Assembly: GCA_037190785.1 (NCBI GenBank)
Contig: JBBCJN010000007.1
Coordinates: 109,952 to 173,951 of the forward strand
Origin: Pedobacter sp.
GTDB taxonomy: Bacteria; Bacteroidota; Bacteroidia; Sphingobacteriales; Sphingobacteriaceae
Direction of reading: 5' to 3'
Length of the DNA: 64,000 nucleotides
Both the position numbers and the translations under genes were made by a program. Positions 51,554 through 61,891 of the stretch are shown one piece after another. How positions within the stretch are numbered: the first letter of the stretch is position 1; every line of letters begins with the position of its first letter. Below the pieces are notes generated by a model, which was not told the DNA's origin, did not search any database, and was given only the letters and a program-made list of their open reading frames with translations.

Positions 51554-52579
51554 ATGGAAAAAGATACATTCATCACGCTGATGTCTCGAAAACTTTCAGG
51601 GGAAATTGCAAACAAGGAACTTGCTTTGCTGAATTTGGCTATTCAAACCGATGAAAGTTATCGTTTGCTGGCAAGACAATTGGAACGATATTACAAAGGG
51701 AAAGGGAGCCCGCAGACTCATGTGTCTGAATTAGCCCATGTATGGGCCTGCATTGAGCAGGCTGAAAATGAAAATCAGGAAAGTAAATTCAATTTTAGCC
51801 CTCCCCGTTTCTCCTTCCTAAGGAGTACCTGGTGGAAGGTGGCAGCTGTGTTGATCCTTCTGACAGGAGTAGGGTTTTTGACTTACCCATTGGTCGAAGC
51901 TTCCCTGAACGGTATGGAAACCCTGGTAGCGAAAGAGGAAAAAATATTTAAAATACTGGATGATGGAACCAATGTATGGTTAAACAAACAATCGACTCTC
52001 CGTTATACAAAGGATTTCGGCGATAAGAAGAGAGAAATTTTTTTACAGGGGGAGGCTTATTTTGATGTGGTTAAGCGAGCAGACATTCCTCTCTGGGTGC
52101 ATGCGGGAGGGGTGGATATTGAAGTGAAAGGAACCTCTTTTAATGTCAATGCGTATGAGGAAAATCAACAGGTGCAAATTGCTTTGGTAAGGGGAGTGAT
52201 AACCGTTAGTGAACGTGACCACCCACAAAATAAGGTGTGGCTGAAGCCGCAGAATAAAGTGATTTTTTCGCAGGCACAGGGGCTCCTTTCTTCCCGAATG
52301 GATGTGATGCAGATTAATGAACAGGCTTTATTCAAAGAAACCGGTTGGACCACGGATACATTGATTTTTCAAAAGGAAAAGCTGAGTGATCTGGTACTGA
52401 AATTAGAAAAAAAATACGATGTAAAGATCGACGTACAGAGTGAAAAGCTAAAAGAGAAACGTTTCAGTGGAACTTTTACTGATGAGACCATTCAAGAAGT
52501 AATGGAAGCTCTTAAACTTTCTTATCCGCTTACCTACAGTATCCGGCCAAGATTGGTCATAATTAAAGACCAGGAATGA
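51554..52579 (+). CDS. FecR family anti-sigma factor
   Basis: TM then LDDGTNVWLNKQSTLRY, LQGEAYFDV, VKGTSFNV and C-terminal DUF4974-like LEKKYDVKI...FSGTF. Confidence 0.9.
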   Translation: MEKDTFITLMSRKLSGEIANKELALLNLAIQTDESYRLLARQLERYYKGKGSPQTHVSELAHVWACIEQAENENQESKFNFSPPRFSFLRSTWWKVAAVLILLTGVGFLTYPLVEASLNGMETLVAKEEKIFKILDDGTNVWLNKQSTLRYTKDFGDKKREIFLQGEAYFDVVKRADIPLWVHAGGVDIEVKGTSFNVNAYEENQQVQIALVRGVITVSERDHPQNKVWLKPQNKVIFSQAQGLLSSRMDVMQINEQALFKETGWTTDTLIFQKEKLSDLVLKLEKKYDVKIDVQSEKLKEKRFSGTFTDETIQEVMEALKLSYPLTYSIRPRLVIIKDQE

Positions 52580-55263
52580 GAAGAATTGCTTTTTTGCTAT
52601 TTATTAGTAGTCTGCTGCGTGTGCCCATATGGGCGCAAGACCGAAAAGTTACTTTAACTGAAACGTCCATTCCACTGATCTCGCTTTTGAAAAAAATTCA
52701 GGAACAAAGTGGTTATACTTTTGTATATAGCGATGAACTCGTTTCAGACACGATGATGTTGCAGGTGTCGGCAGATCGTTCTCCTGTCTCCCAGGTGCTG
52801 CATAGGATTCTGCCGTCCAAAGGACTATTTTATCAGCTTTTATCCAGAAACATGATCATTATCGGCCGTGAGGACCGTTTTAAAAATAACACCCACTCGT
52901 TGACGAACGTACCCTTGAAAGGAGAAGTGAAAGATAAGGAGGGAGCCCCAATTCCTTTTGCAACCGTGCTGCTTCTAGAAGATACTTTGCAGGTAAACGG
53001 AACGATTGCGAATGAAAAAGGCGAATTTCAATTGACACATTTTTTTCGTAAGAAGCTGAATTTCCGACTTAAGATATCTTCAATGGGGTATGAAAGCAGC
53101 ATTGTCCCCCTCTCATTCTCCGGTGATTCTTATTCCTTCGGGACAATCTATCTGAAAGAAAAAGCAGAAAAACTCAGGGAAGTGGCGGTGAGTGGAAACC
53201 AGAAAATCATTGAGATGGATGGAGGAAATATTGTATTTCATGTCTCAAGGAGCGTGACTACTGCTGGAACCAACGCATTAGAGTTACTGAGCAGAGCTCC
53301 AGGAGTGACTGTTGGGACGGATCATCACATCGCTTTAAACGGGAAAGCCGGTGCAGCGGTGCTCATCGACGGAAAACAAACTTACCTTTCCAATGGCGAA
53401 ATAGCCGAATTGCTTAAAACCATGTCTGCATCTGCAATTAAATCCATTGAGATCATTGCCAGTCCGGGAGCAAAATACGATGCGGCCGGTACGGCTGGAA
53501 TTATCAATGTACGAACACAGAAATCAACAATAAGTGGGTTCAGCGCAGCAATGAATACGGGATTAAGCTATGGGGTATATCTCAGAAATAATCAGGACCT
53601 GGCGGTGAATTATCGGAAAAACAAGCTGAATGTTTTTGGAAATTACACCCATTTTATAGGGCATTCTTCCTATTTGTATGGAGCAGATCGTATTCAGGAA
53701 GATCGTTTTTATCATAGTTTTACCGATGATATTGACAAACGACGAAAGATGGGTACGCGCCTGGGTGCCGATTTTGCCATTAACAATCGACATACGATCG
53801 GTGTACTGCTCAATGGGAATTTTGTCTTTGGCGGAGGAATCACCGATACACGAACCAATACTGGTCTAGCCGGGAATTCGAGGATTGATCAGACACTTAG
53901 GGCCATTAATGATTACTATTACCAACAAACCGAACGCTATAACCTGAATGTGAATTACCGGTATGAAGATACTTTGGGAACCATCCTCAATGTGGACGCG
54001 GATTATGGAGATTTTAGTAAGAACAATGCGAATCTTCAATCCAATACCTATACCTCCTCGGCTCAGGAAATCCTGAGTGATCGTCTTTACCGATCCCTGA
54101 ATGCCATTGCCATTGATATGGGAGCGGTGAAAGCAGATTATGCCAAAAAAATAGGAAAAGATAAGTTGGAAACAGGAATGAAATTTTCACGCGTCATGTC
54201 GGATAATGATGCCATTTTTTTGGAAGTAAAGCCCGATGGAGAATTCGTCGATCCTGAGAGGACCAATCGTTTTGCCTACCGCGAAGTAATTTCAGCTGCA
54301 TACGTTAGTTATCAAAAGGTTTGGAGGAAATGGCAGTTTCAGGGTGGTTTGAGGGTGGAGCATTCGACTTCGGAAGGAAAACTCGAGGAACATCCTGAAA
54401 ACGAAGCAACCGGAGGGGCAACAAGAAGGAATTATACCCATTGGTTTCCTTCCTTTTCTGCCACCATCAAACCAGCGGCTCCGCATAGTTTTTCCTTGCA
54501 TTATTCCAGACGAATTGACCGCCCAGCGTATCAAAATCTGAATCCTTTCATCTACCTCCTCGATGAACTTTCTTACTGGCAGGGAAACCCCTTTCTTGAA
54601 CCCCAGCTAAGCCACCGTTTGCTTTTTCAATACATTTATAAAGGAGCCACCATCCTGGGATTAAGCTATACGCATACCGATAAATTTAGTGTCGAAATTA
54701 CCGACAGGGTAGATTCTACCCGGATTGTGATGGTTCCTCGAAATCTGGGAGTACAGCAACACCTTGCACTCACCTTGACGCAGACTTTCAGTCCTCTGGC
54801 ATGGTGGAGTATGACCTTTAACGGAACGTTGTTTGGTGTGTTTAATCAGATCGATTTTGGAGAAGGAAGAACACAATCCCCCCGGCAAACCGCAGGGAGG
54901 GTGAGTGTACAACAAAATTTTAAGTTGCCTTATGGGTTGAATGGTGAGATCACGGGTTTTTATAATTCAAAAAGACTAAATGGAGCCAATAAGTTTTCAA
55001 ATCCTATTAGTCAGATTGACGTGGGCCTGCAGCGTCAGTTTATGCAGAATAAAGCTACTTTGAGATTGGTGTACAGTGATTTATATAAAGGAAGTAAGGC
55101 GAGCTCTGTTCAGCAATTGGAAACGTTGTATATTCGTAATTTTGGTTATTTCGAAACGCGGCAGGTAAAACTGAACTTTAGCTACCGTTTTCATACAGGA
55201 CAGTCAAAAGGTCCGCGAAACCGTAGCTCTGCACTCGAAAATGAAGTGGGAAGGATTAAATAG
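52576..55263 (+). CDS. TonB-dependent-receptor-like outer membrane beta-barrel with N-terminal STN domain
   Basis: Signal peptide, STN (LISLLKKIQEQSGYTFVY), CarboxypepD-like region, plug (LLSRAPGVTV...IEII..PGAKYDA.GTAGIINV), YSRRIDRPAY..LNPF...GNPFLEP barrel. Confidence 0.85.
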   Translation: MRRIAFLLFISSLLRVPIWAQDRKVTLTETSIPLISLLKKIQEQSGYTFVYSDELVSDTMMLQVSADRSPVSQVLHRILPSKGLFYQLLSRNMIIIGREDRFKNNTHSLTNVPLKGEVKDKEGAPIPFATVLLLEDTLQVNGTIANEKGEFQLTHFFRKKLNFRLKISSMGYESSIVPLSFSGDSYSFGTIYLKEKAEKLREVAVSGNQKIIEMDGGNIVFHVSRSVTTAGTNALELLSRAPGVTVGTDHHIALNGKAGAAVLIDGKQTYLSNGEIAELLKTMSASAIKSIEIIASPGAKYDAAGTAGIINVRTQKSTISGFSAAMNTGLSYGVYLRNNQDLAVNYRKNKLNVFGNYTHFIGHSSYLYGADRIQEDRFYHSFTDDIDKRRKMGTRLGADFAINNRHTIGVLLNGNFVFGGGITDTRTNTGLAGNSRIDQTLRAINDYYYQQTERYNLNVNYRYEDTLGTILNVDADYGDFSKNNANLQSNTYTSSAQEILSDRLYRSLNAIAIDMGAVKADYAKKIGKDKLETGMKFSRVMSDNDAIFLEVKPDGEFVDPERTNRFAYREVISAAYVSYQKVWRKWQFQGGLRVEHSTSEGKLEEHPENEATGGATRRNYTHWFPSFSATIKPAAPHSFSLHYSRRIDRPAYQNLNPFIYLLDELSYWQGNPFLEPQLSHRLLFQYIYKGATILGLSYTHTDKFSVEITDRVDSTRIVMVPRNLGVQQHLALTLTQTFSPLAWWSMTFNGTLFGVFNQIDFGEGRTQSPRQTAGRVSVQQNFKLPYGLNGEITGFYNSKRLNGANKFSNPISQIDVGLQRQFMQNKATLRLVYSDLYKGSKASSVQQLETLYIRNFGYFETRQVKLNFSYRFHTGQSKGPRNRSSALENEVGRIK

Positions 55264-55465
55264 ATCGATCTGTATTTTGTAGCTGGAGCGCTCAGACAGA
55301 CAGTCTTTTGGGCAATGAAATTAAGGAATTAGGGTGTGAAGCGATCCATGTAAAAATAAGAGACAGGATGTGTTAGAGCGGTAGGAAGAAAGGTAAAAAC
55401 TTTTGAACAATGCCAAGGAGCATGCAGCCATGACTGAATGGTCTTTTATCTCTTTTTCTGCTCCA

Positions 55466-56464
55466 TCAAGAATGGAAGGAATGGTGCCGGTGCAGTTGAC
55501 TAGGAAGTACCCCGAATTTTTTCTTAAAAGCGGTCGAAAAGTGGCGGGCATTTTTGTAACCAGTCTTGTCGGAGACTTCGCCTACATTCATTCCGCTGTC
55601 CAAGAGCATTAACCGGGCCTGTTCCAATTTAAGGTCATTCCAAAAACCAAAAACCGTCGTGCCAAAAAGCTCCTTGAACCCCTTTTTTAAGGTGTATTCA
55701 TTGGTACCCACCCCAAGTGCCAGGTTGACTAGCGTAGCCGGTTTATCGGGATTGGCGATGATAAGTTCGCGCACGGCATAGACTTTTTCAAGATCATTTT
55801 TCTTAAGAGAAGAAGTGGTTAAAGGGACGTCACTTAATTGCTCTAATTGAAGCATTAGCAGTTCGATGACTTTTGCTTCAAGAAACATTCTTTTAAAAGC
55901 GCCCTGACGATCGCAATGCATGATGTCCTCGATAAGGGGGTACATGTTAGCCTGAATAAGAGGATGCCTGGGACTTAAAATTCCGGAGCGACCTTCTTCC
56001 ATTGACCGGCGAAAATGCTCGAAAAGCAACCCCGTTTGAGGCAGAAATTTTTTAAAAAATCCCGGATGCAGGTTAATCTCACATAATTTAAACTCATGAG
56101 AATTCCAGTGCATGGTTCCTTTTAATTTGTTGGCATAAAGAATGTTATGTTGATGTGCCTGAAAGCCAATTGCTTGTTGAAACTGATCAGTAATGGCTGC
56201 GGTTTGTCCCTTTAATGAGAAATGCATTTCCACAGTTTCCAGCTCAGCTTCAAAACCCAACTGTACCTGCTCACGCAAGCTGGCATGTCCAAAACCAATG
56301 TGTACCCCTTCAAAAAAGATTTCCTGGTAGGAAGCATCCCCGAAGCAATGCGTCAGCTCGGTATGCCGCTCACTGACGCCTTCTCCCTGATGTAAGAAAT
56401 CCATGGGGAAGTTGCGTTCAAGAAGTATTTCGGAAAGATCTTGCCGGTATAATCGAACAGCCAT
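55466..56464 (-). CDS. AraC family regulator (PchR/YbtA-like)
   Basis: RMFLEAKVIELL, LKKGFKELFGTTVFG, GYKNARHFSTAFKKKFG; start probably ATG 56464. Confidence 0.88.
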   Translation of the reverse strand: MAVRLYRQDLSEILLERNFPMDFLHQGEGVSERHTELTHCFGDASYQEIFFEGVHIGFGHASLREQVQLGFEAELETVEMHFSLKGQTAAITDQFQQAIGFQAHQHNILYANKLKGTMHWNSHEFKLCEINLHPGFFKKFLPQTGLLFEHFRRSMEEGRSGILSPRHPLIQANMYPLIEDIMHCDRQGAFKRMFLEAKVIELLMLQLEQLSDVPLTTSSLKKNDLEKVYAVRELIIANPDKPATLVNLALGVGTNEYTLKKGFKELFGTTVFGFWNDLKLEQARLMLLDSGMNVGEVSDKTGYKNARHFSTAFKKKFGVLPSQLHRHHSFHS

Positions 56465-56560
56465 GTAAATACGTTTATTAAAATTCCTTTTGGCGGACTT
56501 TTTATTCCTTTTATCGGAGTCGAACTGAAGCTGGGTCCATTTACTTTTGTACAAAGATAG

Positions 56561-56583
56561 TTATTTAGAATTATTCTTAATAA
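56561..56583. promoter_or_regulatory. Putative Fur-type box between araC and ABC genes
   Basis: TTATTTAGAAT-T-ATTCTTAATAA, an 11-1-11 inverted repeat with one mismatch, adjacent to a minus-strand TATCTTTG -7 element (56552-56559). Confidence 0.55.
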
Positions 56584-56593
56584 TAAAGAGCTT

Positions 56594-58354
56594 ATGAAAG
56601 AAAGATCGACATCAAAAAATGGTGTGGCCAGACTATTACAAGTTGCCGGGAAGCGAAGGCTATTGCTCGCATTATCTGCGTTTTTTGCGCTGATACATGC
56701 CCTGCTTAGCCTGGTTCCCTACTTGCTAATTTTTTACATCATTTCTTTAATTACGCGAGAAAATCTTGTTTTTCAGGAGGGGTTAACGTACCTCTATGGA
56801 GCAATGGGTGCTGCTATTTTAGCAATGCTTTTTCTTTTTTTATCTGGAATTTTATCGCATGTCGCGGCTTTTCACATTTTGTATGAGCTGCGTCGTTACA
56901 TTACAGATAAAGTGGGGAGATTGCCAATGGGTTACCTCAGCAATCAGCATTCAGGTCGTTTGCAAAAGATTCTTTCGGATGATGTGGAGCGAATGGAGAA
57001 CTTCATTGCACATCAGATTCCTGATTTTGTAAAAGGGGTGACTCTACCCCTTATTACCATTATGTACCTGTTTAGTAGAGACTGGCGGTTGGCAGCGATT
57101 AGTTTTGTGCCTTTATTGATTTTAGCCATTTGGATGCCACGCATGTATAGTGGACGGAACAAGGAACTCATTAAAAAATACCACCGGTCTTTAGAGGAAA
57201 TGAACGCAGGAATCATTGAATACCTGCGTGCCATGCCCGTTATGAAAATTTTCGGCCAATCAGCAGAAACATTCACTCACTATGGAAAGAAAGTCAAAGA
57301 TTTTCATCATTTTTTGATGGCCTGGATTAAAAGCAGCACGCCACCTTTTGCCGTCTTCATTAGTTTTACCAGCAATGCCATCTTACCGGTATTGGCTTTA
57401 GGCTTATATTTATACCTTCACCAGGGACTTGCTTTATCCACTTTTATTCTTTTTCTCATTTTGGGAACGGGTTATATACGGCCTTTATTTGCCTTGAGTA
57501 ACCTGACCATGCAACTATCTGTGCTTAATCGTGGAATGGAGCAGATCGACGAATTACTGAGTGTTGCTCCACTAAATGAGCCTAAAGTATGGCAACACCC
57601 AGCACATTTCCGCATTCGCTTTGAGAAGGTATCGTTTGCCTATGAGCATGCACAATGGGCTTTGAATGAGGTGGATGTGGAGATGAAGCAGAATGAAATT
57701 ACGGCGCTGGTAGGCCCATCTGGAGCAGGTAAAAGTACAATGGGGCAGTTATTGGCGCGTTTTTGGGATCCCAGTGAGGGAACGATACGCGTTGGGGGGA
57801 TAGATGTGCGTGAATATCCCGGTAAGCAGTTAATGCAGTTAATTTCTTTCGTTTTCCAGGATAGTTTTATGTTTCAACAGAGCATGTATGAAAATATACG
57901 CATGGGAATGGACAAGAGTCGCGAGGAGATCGAAAAAGCAGCTAAAGCAGCTCAGTTACATGAGTTGATTATGGAAATGCCCAAGGGATACGATACGTTA
58001 TTTGGGCAGGATAGAACCCATTTGAGTGGAGGAGAGCAGCAAAGGTTTCAATTGGCTCGCGCCATTCTAAAAGATGCACCCATTCTTATTTTGGACGAGG
58101 CCACTGCCTTTGCGGATCCGGAGAACGAATACCATATCCAGCAGGCATTTCGACATTTAATGAAAGGGAAAACGGTGCTGATTATTGCCCATCGCTTAAG
58201 TACCATTGTGAATGCTGACCAAATCCTGGTATTTGAAAAGGGATGGCTGGTGGGGAAAGGTAAACACAAGGATTTATTAAGAGAAAGCCCTGTGTACCAG
58301 CGTATGTGGGATGCCCATACACGAGCTAAAGATTTTGCTCTGCAAGGAAATTAA
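56594..58354 (+). CDS. ABC transporter fused TMD-NBD (YbtP/IrtA-like)
   Basis: SHVAAFHILYELR, DDVERMENFIAH, GPSGAGKST, LSGGEQQR, LDEATAFADPENE. Confidence 0.9.
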   Translation: MKERSTSKNGVARLLQVAGKRRLLLALSAFFALIHALLSLVPYLLIFYIISLITRENLVFQEGLTYLYGAMGAAILAMLFLFLSGILSHVAAFHILYELRRYITDKVGRLPMGYLSNQHSGRLQKILSDDVERMENFIAHQIPDFVKGVTLPLITIMYLFSRDWRLAAISFVPLLILAIWMPRMYSGRNKELIKKYHRSLEEMNAGIIEYLRAMPVMKIFGQSAETFTHYGKKVKDFHHFLMAWIKSSTPPFAVFISFTSNAILPVLALGLYLYLHQGLALSTFILFLILGTGYIRPLFALSNLTMQLSVLNRGMEQIDELLSVAPLNEPKVWQHPAHFRIRFEKVSFAYEHAQWALNEVDVEMKQNEITALVGPSGAGKSTMGQLLARFWDPSEGTIRVGGIDVREYPGKQLMQLISFVFQDSFMFQQSMYENIRMGMDKSREEIEKAAKAAQLHELIMEMPKGYDTLFGQDRTHLSGGEQQRFQLARAILKDAPILILDEATAFADPENEYHIQQAFRHLMKGKTVLIIAHRLSTIVNADQILVFEKGWLVGKGKHKDLLRESPVYQRMWDAHTRAKDFALQGN

Positions 58355-58387
58355 CAAAAGCTAACAGAAACAAGCGAATAAGGAAAA

Positions 58388-60106
58388 ATGATTAAAAATT
58401 TAAAATACATCGCATCTCTGGATCGTTCGGGGATGAAAAAAGCACTGATATGGGAGATTCTGCACAGTTGCCTCGTGGTGGCTCCTTCGGGAATAGTACT
58501 CGCGATTGTCCGTGAATTGTTTACGGAAAACCCTGATCCATCCAAACTGTGGGCCTTAACAGGTTCGATTGCAGCCTTGTTACTTCTGCAATTTTGGGTA
58601 GCGACCAAGGCCATGCTTCGCTCTAATCAGTGGGTATACGGACTTTCTACCCAGTTAAGGATGTTATTAGGCAACCGAATACAAAAATTTTCACTGGGAT
58701 TTTTTAAAAAGCGAGACCCTGGTGAGATTGCCTCAGTAGTGTTGCAGGATGTGGCCAATTTTGAAGGAATTTTTGGCCATAGCATTGGGAACATGGCGGC
58801 AGCAATTTTTGGAACGGTCTTTCTGTCCGGATTTCTTCTAATGTATGACTGGCGACTGGCTCTATGCCTATTGGTGGCTATCCCTTGTGTGATTCCATTT
58901 CTATATATAGCCAACCGACTGATCTCCAGGCTGGGAAAAAAGCAGATTGCTGCCAGAAATCGGGTGGTCGCAAAATTTCTTGAGTACCTTCATGGAATAA
59001 GGCATCTGAAGGCCTATGGTTTAACCGGACAACAGCATGAAGTATTAGATGCTTCCTTTGATGAGCTTCGAAAACGGAGCATCCGAATGGAAGCGCTGCC
59101 CGGGCCGTTTATGCTCGTAGCAGGAATCGTCTTCGAGATTGGTTTTATCCTAATGACGACCTTGGGTCTCTACTACCTCAATGGGAATCAGTTAAGTATA
59201 CCCGTTTTTTTGACATTCTTATGGTTGGGATATCATTTATATGGGCCTTTAAAAGTGTTAATGGTAGATTACGTGGTATTGAGGTATATGAACGAAAGTC
59301 TTCATAGAATTTTAGAAGTCATGGAGGAGCCTACTATGGAAGTGAGTGCCGATGAATGGCCCCTTCAATTTGACCTTCATTTTGAACAGGTGAACTTTGC
59401 CTATCAGGAAAAATTGGTGTTGAGAGCGGTTAGTTTCAGTGTTCCTCAGCATTCAATGGTAGCATTGGTGGGGCCTTCTGGTTCGGGAAAAACGACCATT
59501 GCTTCACTCATTGCCAGATTCTGGGACGTCAGTGAAGGTCGTATTCGAATTGGAACCGTCGACATTCGTCATATTGATCAGAATCGTTTTTATCAACTCA
59601 TCAGTGAAGTATTTCAGGAAGTATACCTCTTTAATGACAGCATTTACAATAATATCAAACTGGGAAATCCTGAGGCGACCCACGAAGAGGTTATTGATGC
59701 AGCCGATAAAGCGCAGGTGCTTGGTTTTGCCTGGGAATTGCCAGAAGGTATGGATACGCAGGTTGGTGAGGGCGGCAGCAAGTTGTCGGGAGGACAAAAG
59801 CAACGGATAAGTATTGCACGTGCACTTTTAAAAAATGCTCCGATCATTCTTCTGGATGAAGCCACTGCCAGCCTGGATCCCGAAAATGAGGTCTACATCC
59901 AACAGGCCATTCAGGAACTGATAAAGTCTAAAACGGTGTTGGTTATTGCCCATAAGCTGGCAACCATTCAGCATGCCGATCAAATTCTTGTACTCAATAA
60001 AGGCAGTATTGTAGAAAGGGGAACACATGAACTCCTCCTTCAGCAAAAGGGCGTGTATCATCATTTATGGACTCTTCAGCAGGAAGCCGAAGGGTGGACA
60101 GTTTAG
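58388..60106 (+). CDS. ABC transporter fused TMD-NBD (YbtQ/IrtB-like)
   Basis: GPSGSGKTT, LSGGQKQRISIAR, LDEATASLDPENE; partner of the upstream half-transporter. Confidence 0.9.
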   Translation: MIKNLKYIASLDRSGMKKALIWEILHSCLVVAPSGIVLAIVRELFTENPDPSKLWALTGSIAALLLLQFWVATKAMLRSNQWVYGLSTQLRMLLGNRIQKFSLGFFKKRDPGEIASVVLQDVANFEGIFGHSIGNMAAAIFGTVFLSGFLLMYDWRLALCLLVAIPCVIPFLYIANRLISRLGKKQIAARNRVVAKFLEYLHGIRHLKAYGLTGQQHEVLDASFDELRKRSIRMEALPGPFMLVAGIVFEIGFILMTTLGLYYLNGNQLSIPVFLTFLWLGYHLYGPLKVLMVDYVVLRYMNESLHRILEVMEEPTMEVSADEWPLQFDLHFEQVNFAYQEKLVLRAVSFSVPQHSMVALVGPSGSGKTTIASLIARFWDVSEGRIRIGTVDIRHIDQNRFYQLISEVFQEVYLFNDSIYNNIKLGNPEATHEEVIDAADKAQVLGFAWELPEGMDTQVGEGGSKLSGGQKQRISIARALLKNAPIILLDEATASLDPENEVYIQQAIQELIKSKTVLVIAHKLATIQHADQILVLNKGSIVERGTHELLLQQKGVYHHLWTLQQEAEGWTV

Positions 60107-60325
60107 AGAGGGTGCAATGGTAAAGTAGCGGTTTTTTTTTAAAGTTAAAAAGTAAGCTTTCTTCATTTATAATGCGCACTGCCCGCTTTTCAGGAGGGTG
60201 TTTTTTTATGAAGGAGAGCCTAAGAAACTCTCTAAACTACTCCTACAACCGTACAAACTCCGGTTATCCATTGCATCATTTTGTCATATAATAAAGGATT
60301 ATTTAGAGGATAAAATTAAAACCAC

Positions 60326-60333
60326 TACTTTCG
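60326..60333 (+). promoter_or_regulatory. Candidate -7 promoter element for the riboswitch transcript
   Basis: TACTTTCG about 30 nt upstream of the aptamer. Confidence 0.4.
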
Positions 60334-60364
60334 TGCCCGTAAAGTTCTTTTTTATTTCTTTATC

Positions 60365-60527
60365 AACCGAAAGAGGTTACACCGCAACGTGTATTAAAAG
60401 GGAATCGTGTGTAAATCACGAGCTGTCGCGCAACTGTAAGTAACAGGAAAGGTATTTATTAAGAGCATTCACTATCTGTTGAGGAGGGGAAAGGTCATAA
60501 ATACGGTTACAAGTCAGATACCTGCTT
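60365..60527 (+). ncRNA. Cobalamin (B12) riboswitch
   Basis: GGTT-ACAC/GTGT hairpin, AAAAGGGAA, TCGTG-TGTAAAT-CACGA T-loop hairpin, GCTGTCGCGCAACTGTAA, GTAAC/GTTAC and GTATTTAT/ATAAATAC stems, CACT...GGGAAAG, AAGTCAGATACCTGC. Confidence 0.9.
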
Positions 60528-60617
60528 TTTTCGAGTGGACGATGCTTTCGCGATTTGAAGCTGGAGTCAGGTAGAGGTGATTTTGTAGAGGAGCCATTCT
60601 CTTGCTAAATCCAGTTT

Positions 60618-60645
60618 AGAGGATGTGCATATCCTTTTTTCTTCT
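60618..60645 (+). terminator. Candidate attenuator terminator in riboswitch expression platform
   Basis: AGAGGATG-TGCA-TATCCTTT stem with G-U pairs followed by a T/C-rich tract. Confidence 0.4.
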
Positions 60646-60856
60646 CTGTTTCTATTTTTCATGTCGGCATTGTGAAGCAAAAAGGAACATTTGCCGGTTA
60701 CACCATGCTGTAATCACTAACGGGCGATGCTGGAATAACCGTTTCATTGATCAAAATGCTATAGCGGATGGTTAATTAAATGGTAAAACAGGCTAATCAC
60801 TGTTCATTCATCAGCCTGAAATGTACATATAAAGATAGACTATTTAAAAAACAGAA

Positions 60857-61891
60857 GTGGAAGGTCCCGGGATTTTCCACCTCAAAAGGATCAACAGATT
60901 TGTGGAGAATTTAAAGGTTACAGCGGGTATAGCTGCCATTGGAGGATATGTGCCTCCTGCGATTTTAACTAATCAGCAATTGGAAAATACACTGGATACC
61001 ACCAATGAGTGGATTGTTTCAAGAACGGGTATTAAAGAGAGACATATTCTCAAAGATCCTTCCATGGCTACTTCAGATATGGCTGCGCTGGCCATTCAGA
61101 ATTTGTTAACTCACTACGGTGTGGATCCTTTAACGGTGGAATGTTTGATTTTGGCCACTTCAACCCCCGATTACATACTCTGTCCAACGGCCGGCATTGC
61201 CTGTGAGAAAGCAGGCTTATTAAACGCTTGGGGTTTTGATATGAATGCTGCCTGTAGCGGCTTTCTCTATGCCTTATCCATCGCAGCAGGTATGATCGAG
61301 AGCCAAAGACATCAACGAGTGCTTGTTGTAGGGGCCGATCAGATGAGTACGATTGTCAATTATGAGGACCGAAATAGTTGCATTCTGTTTGGTGACGGGG
61401 CAGGAGCTGTTTTATTGGAAGCACGTACGGATGGACATGGAATTCAAGAAAGCCTTTTCAGAACAAACGGAAAAGGAGCATCGTCACTGTATGTCCCTGC
61501 AGGCGGATCAGCGATGCCATTATCTCTGGAGGTACTTAACGAAAAGAAACAGTTTATCCATCAGGATGGTAGAACGGTTTTTAAGGAGGCCATTCGGAAC
61601 ATGAGTGCAACCAGTGAGGAATTACTTGACAAAGCAGGGATTTCCCCGACACACATTAATTGGGTTGTGCCTCACCAAGCAAATCTGCGTATAATAAAAG
61701 GTGTAAGCGAAGAAATTGGCATTCCGATGGAGAAATTCAAGGTAAATATCGAACGCTATGGGAATACCACTGCAGCGACTCTCCCATTGTGTCTCTGGGA
61801 TTTTAAAAATGACTTCAAAGAAGGGGATTATGTGTTGTTGACTGCGTTTGGAGCAGGCTTTAATTGGGGGAGTACCCTGATGAAATGGTAA
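60857..61891 (+). CDS. fabH: Beta-ketoacyl-ACP synthase III (FabH paralog)
   Basis: WIVSRTGIKERH, NAACSGF (Cys), PHQAN (His), YGNTTAA (Asn), AFGAGFNWG; GTG start at 60857 or 60902. Confidence 0.93.
   Translation: MEGPGIFHLKRINRFVENLKVTAGIAAIGGYVPPAILTNQQLENTLDTTNEWIVSRTGIKERHILKDPSMATSDMAALAIQNLLTHYGVDPLTVECLILATSTPDYILCPTAGIACEKAGLLNAWGFDMNAACSGFLYALSIAAGMIESQRHQRVLVVGADQMSTIVNYEDRNSCILFGDGAGAVLLEARTDGHGIQESLFRTNGKGASSLYVPAGGSAMPLSLEVLNEKKQFIHQDGRTVFKEAIRNMSATSEELLDKAGISPTHINWVVPHQANLRIIKGVSEEIGIPMEKFKVNIERYGNTTAATLPLCLWDFKNDFKEGDYVLLTAFGAGFNWGSTLMKW

Noticed and set aside
60528-60856. Searched for a metE 5' remnant or leader peptide between riboswitch and fabH (44-aa ORF from 60780)
   Set aside because: No MetE N-terminal motif (LGYPRIG) in any frame; the short ORF has no features
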